64,000 nucleotides of DNA from Octopus sinensis (Eukaryota). Where the stretch lies: the NCBI RefSeq assembly GCF_006345805.1, contig NC_043006.1, positions 15,314,001 through 15,378,000 of the forward strand, given 5' to 3'. A model generated the notes under the pieces. The model saw only the letters and a list, made by a program, of their open reading frames with translations, was not told where the DNA came from and did no database searches. Of this stretch, positions 1 to 11,817 are shown piece by piece. A program made the translations under genes and the position numbers. Each line of letters starts with the position of its first letter. Position 1 is the first letter of the stretch.

Positions 1-269
1 GTATGTGTGTGAGTGTTGTGTGTGTGTGTGTGTGTGAGTGTGCACGTTGTGTGTGTGTGTGCGCGTGTGTATATATATGTGTGTGTGTGTGTGCACTGTA
101 TGCGTGTGTGTGTATGTGTGTGTGTGTGCGCGTGTGTATATATATGTGTGTGTATGTGTTATATATGTGTGTGTGTGTGTGTGTGCACTGTGTGCGTGTG
201 TGTGTGTATGTGTGTGTGTGTGTGTGAGCATTGTGTACGTGTGTATGTATTTACATGTGGATTTGTTTT

Positions 270-306
<37 letters not shown>

Positions 307-501
307 TGTGTGTGTATATGCACGGTATGTGTGTATATGTGAGTACATTGTTTGTGTGTGTGTGCGGTATGTAGAGATATATTTGAGTGTGTACGCTATA
401 GGTTTGTATTTTGTGTGTGTGGGTATGTGTGTGAATTTTATATATATATGTGTGTGTATGTGTGTGAAAAAAATATATATATGTGCATGTATGTATGTAT
501 G

Positions 502-548
<47 letters not shown>

Positions 549-1345
549 GTGTGTGTGTATGTGTGTGTGTGTATGTATATTTGCATGTATATGTGTGTAT
601 AAACAGGTGCATTATTTGCATGCGCATTGTGTATATGTATATTGTATGTATGTGTATTGTATATGTATGTGTACAATTAAGTGTATATATGTGTGTGTAT
701 GTGTGCATTGTATATATGTATATTGTAGGTGTGCTATATATACATGAATACATGTATATGCGTTGCGTGTATATATATGTATGCATTGTATATGTATGTT
801 ATGTGTGTGTGTGTCTATATATATTATATGTATGCGTACGTGTATGTGTATGCATTGTATGTATGTATATTGTGTGTATATGTGGTATATCTATGTATGT
901 GTATGTAAACACTATTTATATGTATATATGTATATATGTATATGCATTGTCTATATATATATATATTATATGTATGTATTGCGTATGTATATTGCATGCA
1001 TATATTGTGTATGTGTATTATATACATGCTGTGTATGTGTATTGTATGTGTATATATATGCCAGGTGTATTTGTGTGATATTTATATTATGTATATATGT
1101 GTGCGTGTGTTGTGTGTGTGTGTTAGTGTGTGTGTGTGTTGTGTGTGTATGTGTTATATATGTGTGTATATTATATATAAATACATGTTATATTTGTGTG
1201 CTGTGTGTATATATTATATATGTGGGTGCGTTGTGTGTGTGTGAGTGTTCTGTGTGTGTGTGTGTGTGTGTTGTGTGTATGTGGTGTGTGTTTGTATACT
1301 ATGTGTGTGTCTGTTGTTGTTGTGGGTGTGTATATATGTGTGTGA
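1..1345. repeat. Degenerate (TG)n/(TA)n compound microsatellite
   Basis: Almost entirely TG/TA dinucleotide runs; explains all VCVC/YIYI ORFs in this interval. Confidence 0.97.
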
Positions 1346-1991
1346 CAAACAGACGCTGTCTGACCAGCAGGCACACGGACACATCTATTCACACCCGCAT
1401 ACTCACCTCCCAATAACCCCAAAATCACTGATGCTTGAAGGGGAAGTATAAACCAAACTGGGTACACATCTTTTTTTCTCTCAATTCAACTTTTCTGCTG
1501 AAACAAACAGGTCAGTAAAAAACAAATTCTCGCCTTCGATTCAAAATATTCTGAGATGTCTAAAATATCCATTTTAATTTTCTCTGTCAATATTACAAGC
1601 TTTCTCACCAAACTATTACACTTCCTTATGTCTTTAACATGTCCTTTCTACCAAAGACTGTATATATATACATGTAATGTGACAATTTGCGACAACCAAT
1701 AATTAACGCAACCAAATTTCCAATAATATATTTGTTTTATTCTTTTCTGCCAATTTTTACAAATATTCTCATCACACTATTGAACTTTTTTATACTATAT
1801 TTATACATGTAATGTGACAATTATGTATAAAAAAACATTTTTGAATTCATAATATTCAATGTGACAATTATGTAAAAAACTTTTTTTGAACCCATAATAT
1901 TCAATGTTACTTTTGACAATCTTTTACCAAAGAGTGAAACCGGTTAAGTAAATAAACATCGTTTAAATTGCATTTTCAAACCTTTTTTCAT

Positions 1992-2035
<44 letters not shown>

Positions 2036-2418
2036 GTATATATGTATATATATATGTGTGTATATATGTGCGGGTGTGTCTGTACGTATATAAGGCACAT
2101 ACATCTGACCTACATATGTTTCGACTGCACATTGCTTTGTATGCAATTGTGCTTTCTAGTCGTAATTTCATCAAGTGTCCAGCAATCGCTGCGTTTTCAA
2201 AAGGAATCGCTACGCTTTCAAAAGGAACTTATTGAAACAAGCGTCCTGCGTCAGTATTTAATTGAGGGTAATAGCGTTACTATTGATATTCGACGGAATG
2301 CCGTCAATAAAATCACCACTCTCTTCTTCGTTATCAACGTTATTAAAAACTCTGTAGAATATTTGTAGTTCTAAATAGGAATACGAAATTACCCAACAAG
2401 TGAAGTTTACCAGTACCT

Positions 2419-2650
2419 ATTTCTTTATTACCCACAAGGGGCTAAATACAGAGGGGACAAACAAGGACAGACATAGATATTAAGTCGATTACATCGACCC
2501 CAGTGCGTAACTGGTACTTAATTTATCGACCCCGAAAGGATGAAAGGCAAAGTCGACCTCGGCGGAATTTGAACTCACAACGTAACGCAGACGAAATACC
2601 GCTAAACATTTCGCCCGGAGTGCTAACGTTTCGGCCAGCTCACCGCCTTC
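2419..2650 (-). mobile_element. tRNA-derived SINE, family D (working name), with 16-bp TSD
   Basis: On minus: head GGCGGTGAGCTGGCCGAAACGTTAGC, B-box-like GAGTTCAAATTCC, core GTCGACTTTGCCTTTCATCCTTTCGGGGTCGAT. Direct repeat AAGTTTACCAGTACCT at 2403-2418 and 2651-2666. Confidence 0.92.
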
Positions 2651-2759
2651 AAGTTTACCAGTACCTGTACCTCTTTCTAAGTAAACCGGCATCTAAACCA
2701 ATTTGAGGGATATTATAGTATCCGCTAGGATAACTTATCCCTTTCATTCTGTCTGTCTG

Positions 2760-2828
<69 letters not shown>

Positions 2829-3300
2829 GTTGCGGCCCGAGTCCCACGCGGATAGGAAAGCCTTCATTTTTCTGTCGAGGGCTTATATACCCCGTTATTA
2901 GACTATTTTCCTTAGTCATTGCACGGCGATCGCCATATGCTTTAAGCTAATATAAAAATACCATTATTATTATTTACATATTCAGATATATTTAATAACT
3001 ATCTTTCGCGAAAATTTCAAGTGAATGGAATAAATATTTCGTAAGTTGTGAAGAGATATACAAACAATCTTCCACATTGCAGCGGCCAAAAGTTAAGGAT
3101 TACTTAGAAAAACAATGAAAAATGGAAGAACGAAAGAGAAACCCTTACTATTAATATTTAGAAAGAAGATAAAAGTATCCCAAAGAGTCATTTTTCATAA
3201 GTGTAAGTAACATAAATACATAAATTTATGGATATACAAATCTATGACGCAGATGGTGTGAAATAACTTAGGAAACTTCAGTATTTTGCCTAACCTAATG

Positions 3301-3916
3301 CAATTTCGGGGAAGGGGATAAGTCGAATGTATCGACCCCTGGGATCTTTTCGGTTTGAACGGCAGTTTTTTCTAGCGGTGTCATATGAAATTGTCACCCA
3401 TAATTATGACCCTAGTATCGATCTATTGCATTTCAATCTGTTTTAGGGTTACGGTTAGGGGTAGGGGGAAGGGTATATTTTTTTCTTCACAAATGTAAAT
3501 AAACCCAATCTGTTTCTTAAACGAGGGACATATTCATACGGCACAGAATGTTTTTTTTACCTCAACGGACGTCATTGATTGGTTGAAATTGCAGAAATTG
3601 AAGAAAAAAAAACCAACAAATATCTTACAAACTATAGAATTTTTTCAATATAGCCAAGAGAAAAAGATGTTTTATAAACACATTCTACCAGTATACAAAG
3701 TTTAAAAGTGTTTAGTTACGTGGAAATTATTTTAAAAAACTGCCGTTCAAACCGAAAAGATCCGACCCCTGTAATCAACTGGTACTTATTATATCGGCCC
3801 CGAAAGGATAAAAGGCAAAGTCGACAGCGGTGGAATTCGAACTCAGAACGTAAAAACAGACGAAATGCCAGTAAGCATTTCATCCGGAGTGCTAACGATT
3901 CTGTCAGCTCACCGCT
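3301..3916 (-). mobile_element. Family D SINE interrupted by a MITE
   Basis: SINE core and head at 3772-3916, tail part at 3301-3341; split at ATCGACCCCTG by the 3342-3763 insertion. Confidence 0.8.
3342..3763. mobile_element. MITE, 422 bp, GG-terminated TIRs, 8-bp TSD (Merlin-like; hAT not excluded)
   Basis: TIR GGATCTTTTCGGTTTGAACGGCAGTTTTT at 3342 and its reverse complement ending at 3763; TSD GACCCCTG at 3334-3341 and 3764-3771; no ORF. Confidence 0.88.
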
Positions 3917-4237
3917 TTAGGGAGCTTTAAATATTAATTCGATTATTTCTATCTACCAAGTTAAAGCTCTAAATCGAAACTGAAAAAGAAAAACAAGAAA
4001 TAACTAAACTTGTTTGTACTAATGATATAAATAATATTGTTATCTACCTTTATCCTCCAAAACAAACAAAAGCATTCAAATCGTAATTTAGTATTTTTTT
4101 GAGATCAATTTTTAAATTCAATAAATAATTTCCATGTTTCGACTGATGCTTTGGATATCATGAAAAAAATTCCCATAAGAATGAAGATTAGTGTTTTTTT
4201 TGTTTTTTTTCTTCCATAAATGAGATGTTTGTTTCCC

Positions 4238-4297
4238 TATAGAGTGAAATCGAATCATATAGAGTGAAATCGAATCATATAGAGTGAAATCGAATCA
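4238..4297. repeat. Minisatellite, 3 x 20 bp
   Basis: TATAGAGTGAAATCGAATCA repeated three times exactly. Confidence 0.95.
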
Positions 4298-4518
4298 CAA
4301 ATGAAGCTTTATATGAACAGTGGGTCGAGTTTATGAACCAGTTTTGTCACCTGGAAAGTGGGTTATGCGCATTGTAAAGAAACATAAGAAAAGTATGTTT
4401 TCAGGGTGTAGTATACAATGCTTATGATAGTAACTTTAACTTACCAACGAAAATGTACAAGTTGCTTTTACGGTGAATGCTTCTATTTTCACGTTTGTTA
4501 AACGGAATATTATAATCA

Positions 4519-4737
4519 TTTACTCTTTTACTTGTTTCAGTCATTTGACTGTGGCCACGCTGAAGCACCGCCTTTAGTCGAGCAAATCGACCCCAGGACT
4601 TATTCTTTGTAAGCCTAGTACTTATTCTATCGGTCCCTTTTGCCGAACCGCTAAGTTACGGTGACGTAAACACACCAGCATCGGTTGTCAAGCGATGTTG
4701 GGGGGACAAAAACAGACACACAAACATATACACACAC

Positions 4738-4799
<62 letters not shown>

Positions 4800-4962
4800 G
4801 GTGGGCTTCTTTCAGTTTCCGTCTACCAAATCCACTCACAAGGCTTTGGTCGACCCGAGGCTATAGTAGAAGACACTTGCCGAAGGTGCCACGCAGTGGG
4901 ACTGAACCCGGAACCACGTGGTTAGTAAACAAGCTACTTACCATACAGCCACTCCTACACCT
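4519..4962 (-). mobile_element. tRNA-derived SINE, family A (working name), with central microsatellite
   Basis: On minus: head GGAGTGGCTGTATGG..GGTTCAGTCCC, central (TA)/(TG) tract, 3' GACTGAAACAAGTAAAAGAG tail; matches copies at 11398, 23719 and 41186. Confidence 0.92.
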
Positions 4963-5228
4963 ATTTAGAAATATTTCAAAGTGAATGTAATTTCAAAATT
5001 ACAAGTTGTTTGTACTGTAAGTATTTATATTTTTAGATTTCTTTAAAAAGACAAAATTTCAATCTAAAAAGAAAAGTTATTTTCAAATGAATACCATTAG
5101 GAAAATATTTGCAGGCATATTTAAAAAAGACATTTTTAAGTGAATATGACTTTAAAAAGGTAATCATTTCCTGAGATTAAAAGTAAAAGTGACTTTCGTG
5201 AGATTTGAACTCAGAATGCACTGGAATA

Positions 5229-5600
5229 TCTTTATATATAAAAGTCAAGTTGTGTGTCTGTCTCCTACGATTTAGATTCCTAACTACTCCCACATTTTGC
5301 GGTGCAGTTTAACCAAAACCGGGTATCTTATAGTCGTGATTCATATCGAGCCCTTCTGGGTATTAGCGCGCGTCTACGATGAGTCTACGATTTAAAAAAA
5401 AAATTACCATCATTTTCCCCCATTTTTTAATGCATTTTTTTGCTATTATATAAGGGAAGTAACTCTCTAAAAATGTATTATTAAATCTCAGAACGTAAAA
5501 AGCTACAGTAACACCCCCCCCCATTTGTGGTTAGCCATATTGAGATGGCTATTATACTTTACATCTCTAAAAATGCTTATATAGTTATTTCCCTTACAAA
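5229..5600 (+). mobile_element. Helitron-like non-autonomous element, 5' portion
   Basis: Begins A|TCTTTATATATAAAAG, a typical Helitron 5' TC end after an A. No 3' hairpin-CTAG end is visible, so the right boundary is approximate. Confidence 0.5.
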
Positions 5601-6065
5601 TGTCTTGGGGGAAGACATTTTGGGGAGGAAGGACTGAGCATAGTGATAAATGTGAGGCCTTGTATGTGGCGGGTGAGGTGGGGGTGGACATTAGAGGGAT
5701 AATGAGAAGAGAAGAGGCAAGTGGGACGGGAATGTTTGAGAGGAGGTGAGGTGAGCTCAGCAAGCTGCAAGGAGCAGAAACAATATAGTCGCAGTAGAAA
5801 TAGCAGAGAGAGGGGACACAGAATGTCCGGGCATCAGAGGATGGAGCACGTCTGTGAGTGATTTAATAGTTAATCTGTCAGGTGGCCAAATCATTGGGAG
5901 TAAAATTGGTTAAATAGAAACTGTGTGGAACCCTGCCAAATGAAGTACAACTAATTTAAAGAGCCAACCTAGTCTCACACCAAATATGTAACCAATAAGG
6001 AGGGATGAAGAAACTTGCGCCCCACATCGTGCCACAGCTCCCTGTCGATAGAATTATTCATCTGC

Positions 6066-6667
6066 GGTGAGCTGGCAGAAACGTTAGCACGCCGGGCAAA
6101 ATGCTTAGCGGTATTTCGTCTGTCTTTACGTTGTGAGTTCAAATTCCGCTGAGGTCGACTTTGCCTTTCATCCTTTCGGGGTCGATAAATTAAGTACCAG
6201 TTACGCACTGGGGTCGATGTAATCGACTTAATACCTATGTCTGTCCTTGTTTGTCCCCTCTATGTTTAGCCCCTTGTGGGTAATAAAGAAATAGAAATAG
6301 GTATTTCGTCTGTCTTTACGTTCTGAGTTCAAATTTCGCCGAGGTCGACTTTGCCTTTCATCCTTTCGGGGTCGATTAAATAAGTACCAGTTACGTACTG
6401 GGGTCGATATAATCGACTTACTCCGTTTGTCTGTCCTTGTTTGTCCCCTCTGTGTTTAGCTCCTTGTGGGTAGTAAAGAAATAGGTATTTCGTCTGTCTT
6501 TATGTTGTGAGTTCAAATTCCGCCGAAGTCGACTTTGCCTTTCATCCTTTTGGGGTGGATAAATTAAGTACCAGTTACGCACTGAGGTCGATGTAATCGA
6601 CTTAATCCCTTTGTCTGTCCTTGTTTGTCCCCTCTATGTTTAGCCCCTCGTGGGTAGTAAAGAAATA
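6066..6667 (+). mobile_element. Family D SINE trimer (one head, three bodies) inside a single 16-bp TSD
   Basis: Units 6066-6300, 6301-6484 and 6485-6667, joined at GAAATAG|GTATTTCGTC; AGAATTATTCATCTGC at 6050-6065 and 6668-6683. Confidence 0.92.
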
Positions 6668-6769
6668 AGAATTATTCATCTGCTCTTTAGTTTAATTTTG
6701 CTGTGATTTTCCACAATTTATTCAGCAACTGGTGTATTTTTTCTTAATAGTTGAGAAACATTCAGTTGG

Positions 6770-7125
6770 AACTCTGGCTATGGACATCATGTGTCACACT
6801 GATTCTGTCCCAGAACTACATTGAGGCCAAATATATCTATGGAATACTCAGTCAAATTTCGCTATAAGTTTCATCCTGGACTCGTAATTAAAACGCCTAG
6901 CCATGTCACACTGGGTTGTACTGAATCTACTTATGGATTATGCTGTGGGTACATGTGTGCTGTGGAATACTCAGCCAGTTACACGTTAATATAATGTGTA
7001 AACTTAAGACTACAAGCTGACAGAATCATTAGCACAATGGGCAAAATGCTTTACATTCTGAGTTTACATTCCACCCTTTGCCTTTCACCTTTTGAGGGTT
7101 GATAAAATAAATACCAGTTGAATGT
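6770..7125 (+). mobile_element. Old, degenerate SINE fragments (family B1 3' part twice, family D core)
   Basis: GTCACACTG..GAACTAC..GGAATACTCAGCCAGTTACACGTTAAT resembles the B1 tail; CTTTGCCTTTCACCTTTTGAGGGTTGATAAAATAAATACCAG resembles the D core. Confidence 0.55.
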
Positions 7126-7384
7126 ATAACCAGCTCAGTTGATCATACAGCTAGAATGATCATTCTAGAAACGGATGAGGATCCATTTCCTTTAGTTTTT
7201 GTTTACTTATACACATCAGCAAATGAGCCAATGAGGTAATCTCAGTGTGGTTGTTCAATTTGCTAGAAGTAACAGCCAAATCTCTCTCACACTATGCGCT
7301 GATATTTTAAAAACGAAGGACATTAAATAATGTTAACCTACTTCTTCAATAAAATTACAGAATGGCTCATTCTGGTCTGTCCTG

Positions 7385-7603
7385 GGTTTAAACAGATTGG
7401 CATTCGTTGCAATCATTGCAAGTGCACCACCAGTATAAATTCCCACGAATCTCTTTCTTACTCATGTTGTGCCTAGATATACTGCACATCTTTTATTTTG
7501 GTATAACACTTTTAACATGCAAATAATTTACTGCATCCACCTCTGTTTTCAAAATCTTCTTCAGAGTGGTACAATTAAATGGTTTGAATGTAAATGTGGC
7601 CAT
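7385..7603 (-). pseudogene. Decayed Merlin/IS1595-like transposase N-terminus
   Basis: One frame: MATFTFKPFNCTTLKKILKTEVDAVNYLHVKSVIPK*KMCSISRHNMSKKEIRGNLYWWCTCNDCNECQSV*. Resembles the E..C..YL...G.I...C..C..M......W.C...C...S Zn-ribbon pattern. Family call from memory. Confidence 0.45.
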
Positions 7604-8261
7604 TCCAAGCAACAGTAAAAACAGGAAAAACATAGAAAAACTTCATGAAATATATGTAAAATGTATATGAAAAATATATGAAAAATTTGTATATTACTAA
7701 GACAACGAAAAATATCTACAATAAAATTCTAACTGATGAATATAAATTTTCCAGAAAAAGAAAAAAACAAAAAAAACAATGATATCCATAAACGGTGTGA
7801 GGTAACGTGCGGATGAAGTGAATCTCGTAGTGTGAAGAATCCAATGTGCAATTATCATGGCAACTAGTTATCTGTTGATTGGCTAAAATTACCCAAATTT
7901 TCCGAACTCTAATTCCAAATAACATCAAATTCTTCAGTTACTGTTTTGTGTTCTAAGCTTTTGTTTAAACTTGTTGTTGGGAACACCAGGAATCTTTTGG
8001 AGTTGTATGGTGGTTTTTGCCCCGTAAGGGGTAATATTTTTACCTTCTTAACACGCCCACCTATTTTGGAAAACAAAAAAAAAAACATATATTAAAGATG
8101 GCGTTACCATCTGCCATCATGGCAGCGTTGAAAAGGAGAGCCGTATCTTCCTCCAAGCTAAATATTCCCCCATAGAAACTACCCCAAATACGATAAGTCG
8201 GACAGTCGGGGGTGACTAGGATGTGTTGACTAAGTTAATGTTACTTTTGTTATTCATTTTA

Positions 8262-9473
8262 TTCTTTTATTCTTTAGAAGTTATCGTATTGTGGCCTTGC
8301 TGGGGCACGGCCTTACTTTATTTTAAACTCTGATACTTATTCTATTGGTCTATTTTGTCGAACTTTATAGGGATGTAAACAAACCAAAACTAGTTGCGAA
8401 GCGATGGAGAGACAGACGCGAAAACACATATACATACATACATACATACATACATACATAAACATACATACATACATACATACATACATAAACATACATA
8501 CATACATAATCATACACAACAACATAAACATACATACATACATACTTACACATACATAAACATACATACATACATAATTAAATACATACATACATACATA
8601 CATACATAAAATACATACATACTACATACATACATACATAAAACATACATAAATATACATACACATACATACAATACATACATACATACATACAACATAC
8701 ATACATACAAACATACATACAACATACAATACATACATACATAAACATACATACATACATACATACATACATACATACATACATACATAACATACATACT
8801 ACATTAACATACAAACATACATACATACATACATACATACATAAACATACATACATACATACATAACAAACCATACATACATACATACATACATACATAA
8901 AATACATACAACATACATACCAAAACATACATACATACATAACATACATAAATATAAACATACATACATACATAATACATAAACATACATACATACATTC
9001 ATACATACATACATACATACATAAAACATACTACATACATACATACATACATACATACATACATACATAAACATACATTACATAATACATACATACAACA
9101 TACATACATACATACATACATACAACATACATACATACATACATACCAAACATACATAAAACAACATACATACATACATCCATAAACATACATACATACA
9201 TACATACATACATAAACATACATACATACATCCATAAACATACATACATACATACATAAACATACATACATACATACATAAACATACACATACTATGTAT
9301 ATATATAAAATATGCGAAGGCCTTCCATACAATTTCTATCTTACAAATTCACTCACAAAGCATTGGTCGGCCCGAGGCTACAGAAGGTACTTACCTAATG
9401 TGCTGTGCTGTAGGAACGAACCTCAAACCATATAGCTGTGAAGAGAAGTTCTTAAACCCACAGCCTTTCACCT
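8262..9473 (-). mobile_element. Degenerate family A SINE with ~880-bp expanded central (TACA)n tract
   Basis: 3' half at 8262-8424 (CTTATTCTATTGGTC..GATGTAAAC) and 5' half at 9310-9473 (TTCACTCACAAAGCATTGGTCGGCCCGAGGCTA) flank the microsatellite. Confidence 0.7.
8425..9300. repeat. Degenerate (TACA)n tetranucleotide array
   Basis: Direct reading; source of the MYVC ORFs. Confidence 0.97.
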
Positions 9474-10132
9474 ATTGCTAACGTCCCGTTGGCAAGTTCC
9501 TTTTCGTTGAACTCAGGAAGTTTACGCTACACTTAGAATATACCAAGCGAGGACGTTAAACCCCAATTATTTACACATATTTGTTAAACTGGGTCAGTTG
9601 CTTCGTTCTCTTTGTTCTGTGTTGGGACCCGCTTCTGACCTACTTTTAGTCGGTGACTATTCTTCGTTTATTTTTGCGCATATACGCTATACACCTGAAA
9701 TATTCAGGGCATAAAGTTAACATTGCCTTTAGCTTTCCGTACATCACATCTCTTATGAAAGCAATAACAACTGCGAATTCATCAATATTGTTACCTAATG
9801 ATAATATTAAGAACAAATACTTATTTGTTCTCATACAAATTCCTTATTTTTATATTGATTACCTCTTTAGCAGTTATTAAATGGTTCTGTCGACGGTATT
9901 TTCTATTATTATTTTTTTTAGAATTAGTTGTCAGCCAGTTTTAAATAACTAGACTGCAAGAAAGTTAACAAGACATCTGTCTAACGCCCTACTACAACGT
10001 TTAACTGTAGGGGTTTGATTACTCCTGTTGTAAAGCACACTGACTGTGACCCTGGTTGAATACTGCTCCTGTTAAAATCTCATATTCTTTTGCAATGGTG
10101 CCGACCGCTTCAGTTTCAGTGGTACTCGATAC

Positions 10133-10355
10133 ATATTTCTTTACTACCCACAAGGGGCTAAACACAGAAGGGACAAACAAGGACAGACAAACGGATAAAG
10201 TCGATTATATCGACCCCAGTGCGCAACTGGTACTTATTTAATCGACCCCGAAAGGATGAAAGGCAAAGTCGACCATGGCGGAATTTGAACTCAGAACGTA
10301 GCGGCAGACGAAATACGGCTACGTATTTCACCCGGCGTTCTAACGTTTCTGTCTT
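10133..10355 (-). mobile_element. Family D SINE with ~20-bp TSD
   Basis: D core and tail present; GTTTCAGT(G/A)GTACTCGATAC at 10113-10132 and 10356-10375 (1 mismatch). Confidence 0.9.
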
Positions 10356-10382
10356 GTTTCAGTAGTACTCGATACCATCACG

Positions 10383-10645
10383 GGGATGTCATCCGCATAT
10401 GCCAACACACCTCCTCCTCGTCTAAGTTCGATCAGAATGCCTCTCAGCAACTCTTTTGACGAACCGGGCACGTGATCCGAAATGGTTCCAATAGGTAGAC
10501 ATTTATTCTGACTACCGAGTAAATGCTACTGTACATTGAATAAATCCAACCTCTGAAAAGGAGACTGAAATCGATTGGCTTTAGGACAGCTACCAAGTAG
10601 CAATGCCCAACCCTATCCAAAGCTTTCGATCGTTGGTCAGAGCCC
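10383..10645 (-). mobile_element. L1/Tx1-like LINE reverse transcriptase fragment
   Basis: Minus translation SKALDRVGHCYLVAVL..FRGWIYSMYS..VVRIN..PFRITCPVRQ.., then AYADDI at 10385-10402 after a frameshift or deletion. Confidence 0.75.
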
Positions 10646-10749
10646 TACTAAAGCCAGGTTTACTACCTGCTCTCTCTAGGGTTTCTTGTTAACCTATTTC
10701 CTAGTATCTAAACCTAATTATTAAATAACGTATTTAATAAAACTATGAA

Positions 10750-11000
10750 CTACAAATCATCAATTACATCCTCACTGCTCGTGTCGTTCCTCAGCAGCGC
10801 CACCACTCTTCTTTCAAAGAACTGCGCATACTTCTGTTTCTCTACCAGATGTAACAGACGTTTGCAAGACGTCGGTGAACAAGTCTGACATATATGTGTA
10901 AAACTTGTAGTACAGACACACCAACTTGGCAATTTGCGTTCCATACAATCCTTCATCACGTCCCATATCTCTACAGTTATTGGCTTTTCACTGCGTCCCA
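10750..11000 (-). mobile_element. Possible Tx1-like ORF2 C-terminal relic
   Basis: KRLLHLVEKQKYAQFFERRVVALLRNDTS resembles the KRK.RVER...F.ERW..V.R..R.ND C-terminus of Tx1-type ORF2 (from memory). Confidence 0.35.
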
Positions 11001-11397
11001 CATCTTCCGTCGGCAGTCGAGGTTGACAGTAAAGTCCATATCATCCTAAACGCAAAAAAAAAAAAAAAACAGTCGAAAGAACCGTCGCTGAAAAATCGCA
11101 AACATCTTGAAATTGAGTATCATGAACCTATCCTGGTTAATCAAGCACCGAATTGTGGCATGATTGTCAATTTAGGTTTCTGCCACGCGGACTCACCCAC
11201 CGAATATCAGGGCACTAACTGGTACAGAATAGCAAAACGATTTGACATCTACACCGGTGGCATTAGTGTAAAAGGAAATAAGGATGATTAAAGATTGTTT
11301 GCATTAAAATTCCTGTAAATGTGTTTATAGTGATGTATGTTGAAACACGTGTCTTCAATATAGGACGAGAGGCAAAAAGCTCCTTGTGATTAAAGTT

Positions 11398-11596
11398 ATT
11401 CTTTATTCTTTTACTTGTTTCAGTCATTTGACTGCGGTCATGCTGGAGCACCGCCTTTAGTCGAGCAGAACTTATTCTTTATAAGCCTAATACTTATTCT
11501 ATTGGTCTCTTCTACCGAACCGCTAAGTTACGGGGATGTAAACACACCAGCATCAGTTGTCAAGTGATATTGTGACAAATATATACACATACATAA

Positions 11597-11630
<34 letters not shown>

Positions 11631-11814
11631 CATACATACACACACACATAAATACACGACGGGCTTCTTTTCAGTTTCCGTCTACCAAAAACACTCATAA
11701 AGCTTTGGTCGGCCCGAGCCTATAACAGAAGACACTTGCCCAAAGTGCCACGCAGTGGGACTGAAACCAGAACCATGTGACTGTTAAGCAAGCTACTTAC
11801 CACACAGCCACTCC
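11398..11814 (-). mobile_element. Family A SINE
   Basis: Head, central CA/TACA tract and tail align with the other family A copies. Confidence 0.9.
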
Positions 11815-11817
11815 GAA

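Noticed and set aside
1-1345. Long ORFs of up to 346 aa, and similar ones at 8.3-9.3, 50.5-52.5 and 60.1-60.5 kb
   Set aside because: Translations of microsatellites that lack stop codons; no coding signal.
1407-1497. Minus-strand exon-like segment (CAG..GTGAGT) encoding hydrophobic VYPVWFILPLQASVILGLLG
   Set aside because: All three frames contain a stop between acceptor and donor; no homology recognised.
2825-2860. Possible Helitron 3' end (CTAG) on minus
   Set aside because: The preceding hairpin is poor and no matching 5' end was found.
4238-4297. Short direct-repeat arrays (also 45365-45427) as CRISPR-like
   Set aside because: Head-to-tail repeats with no spacers in a eukaryotic context; ordinary minisatellites.
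11187-11305. Minus-strand exon-like segment with good splice signals
   Set aside because: Stops in all frames.
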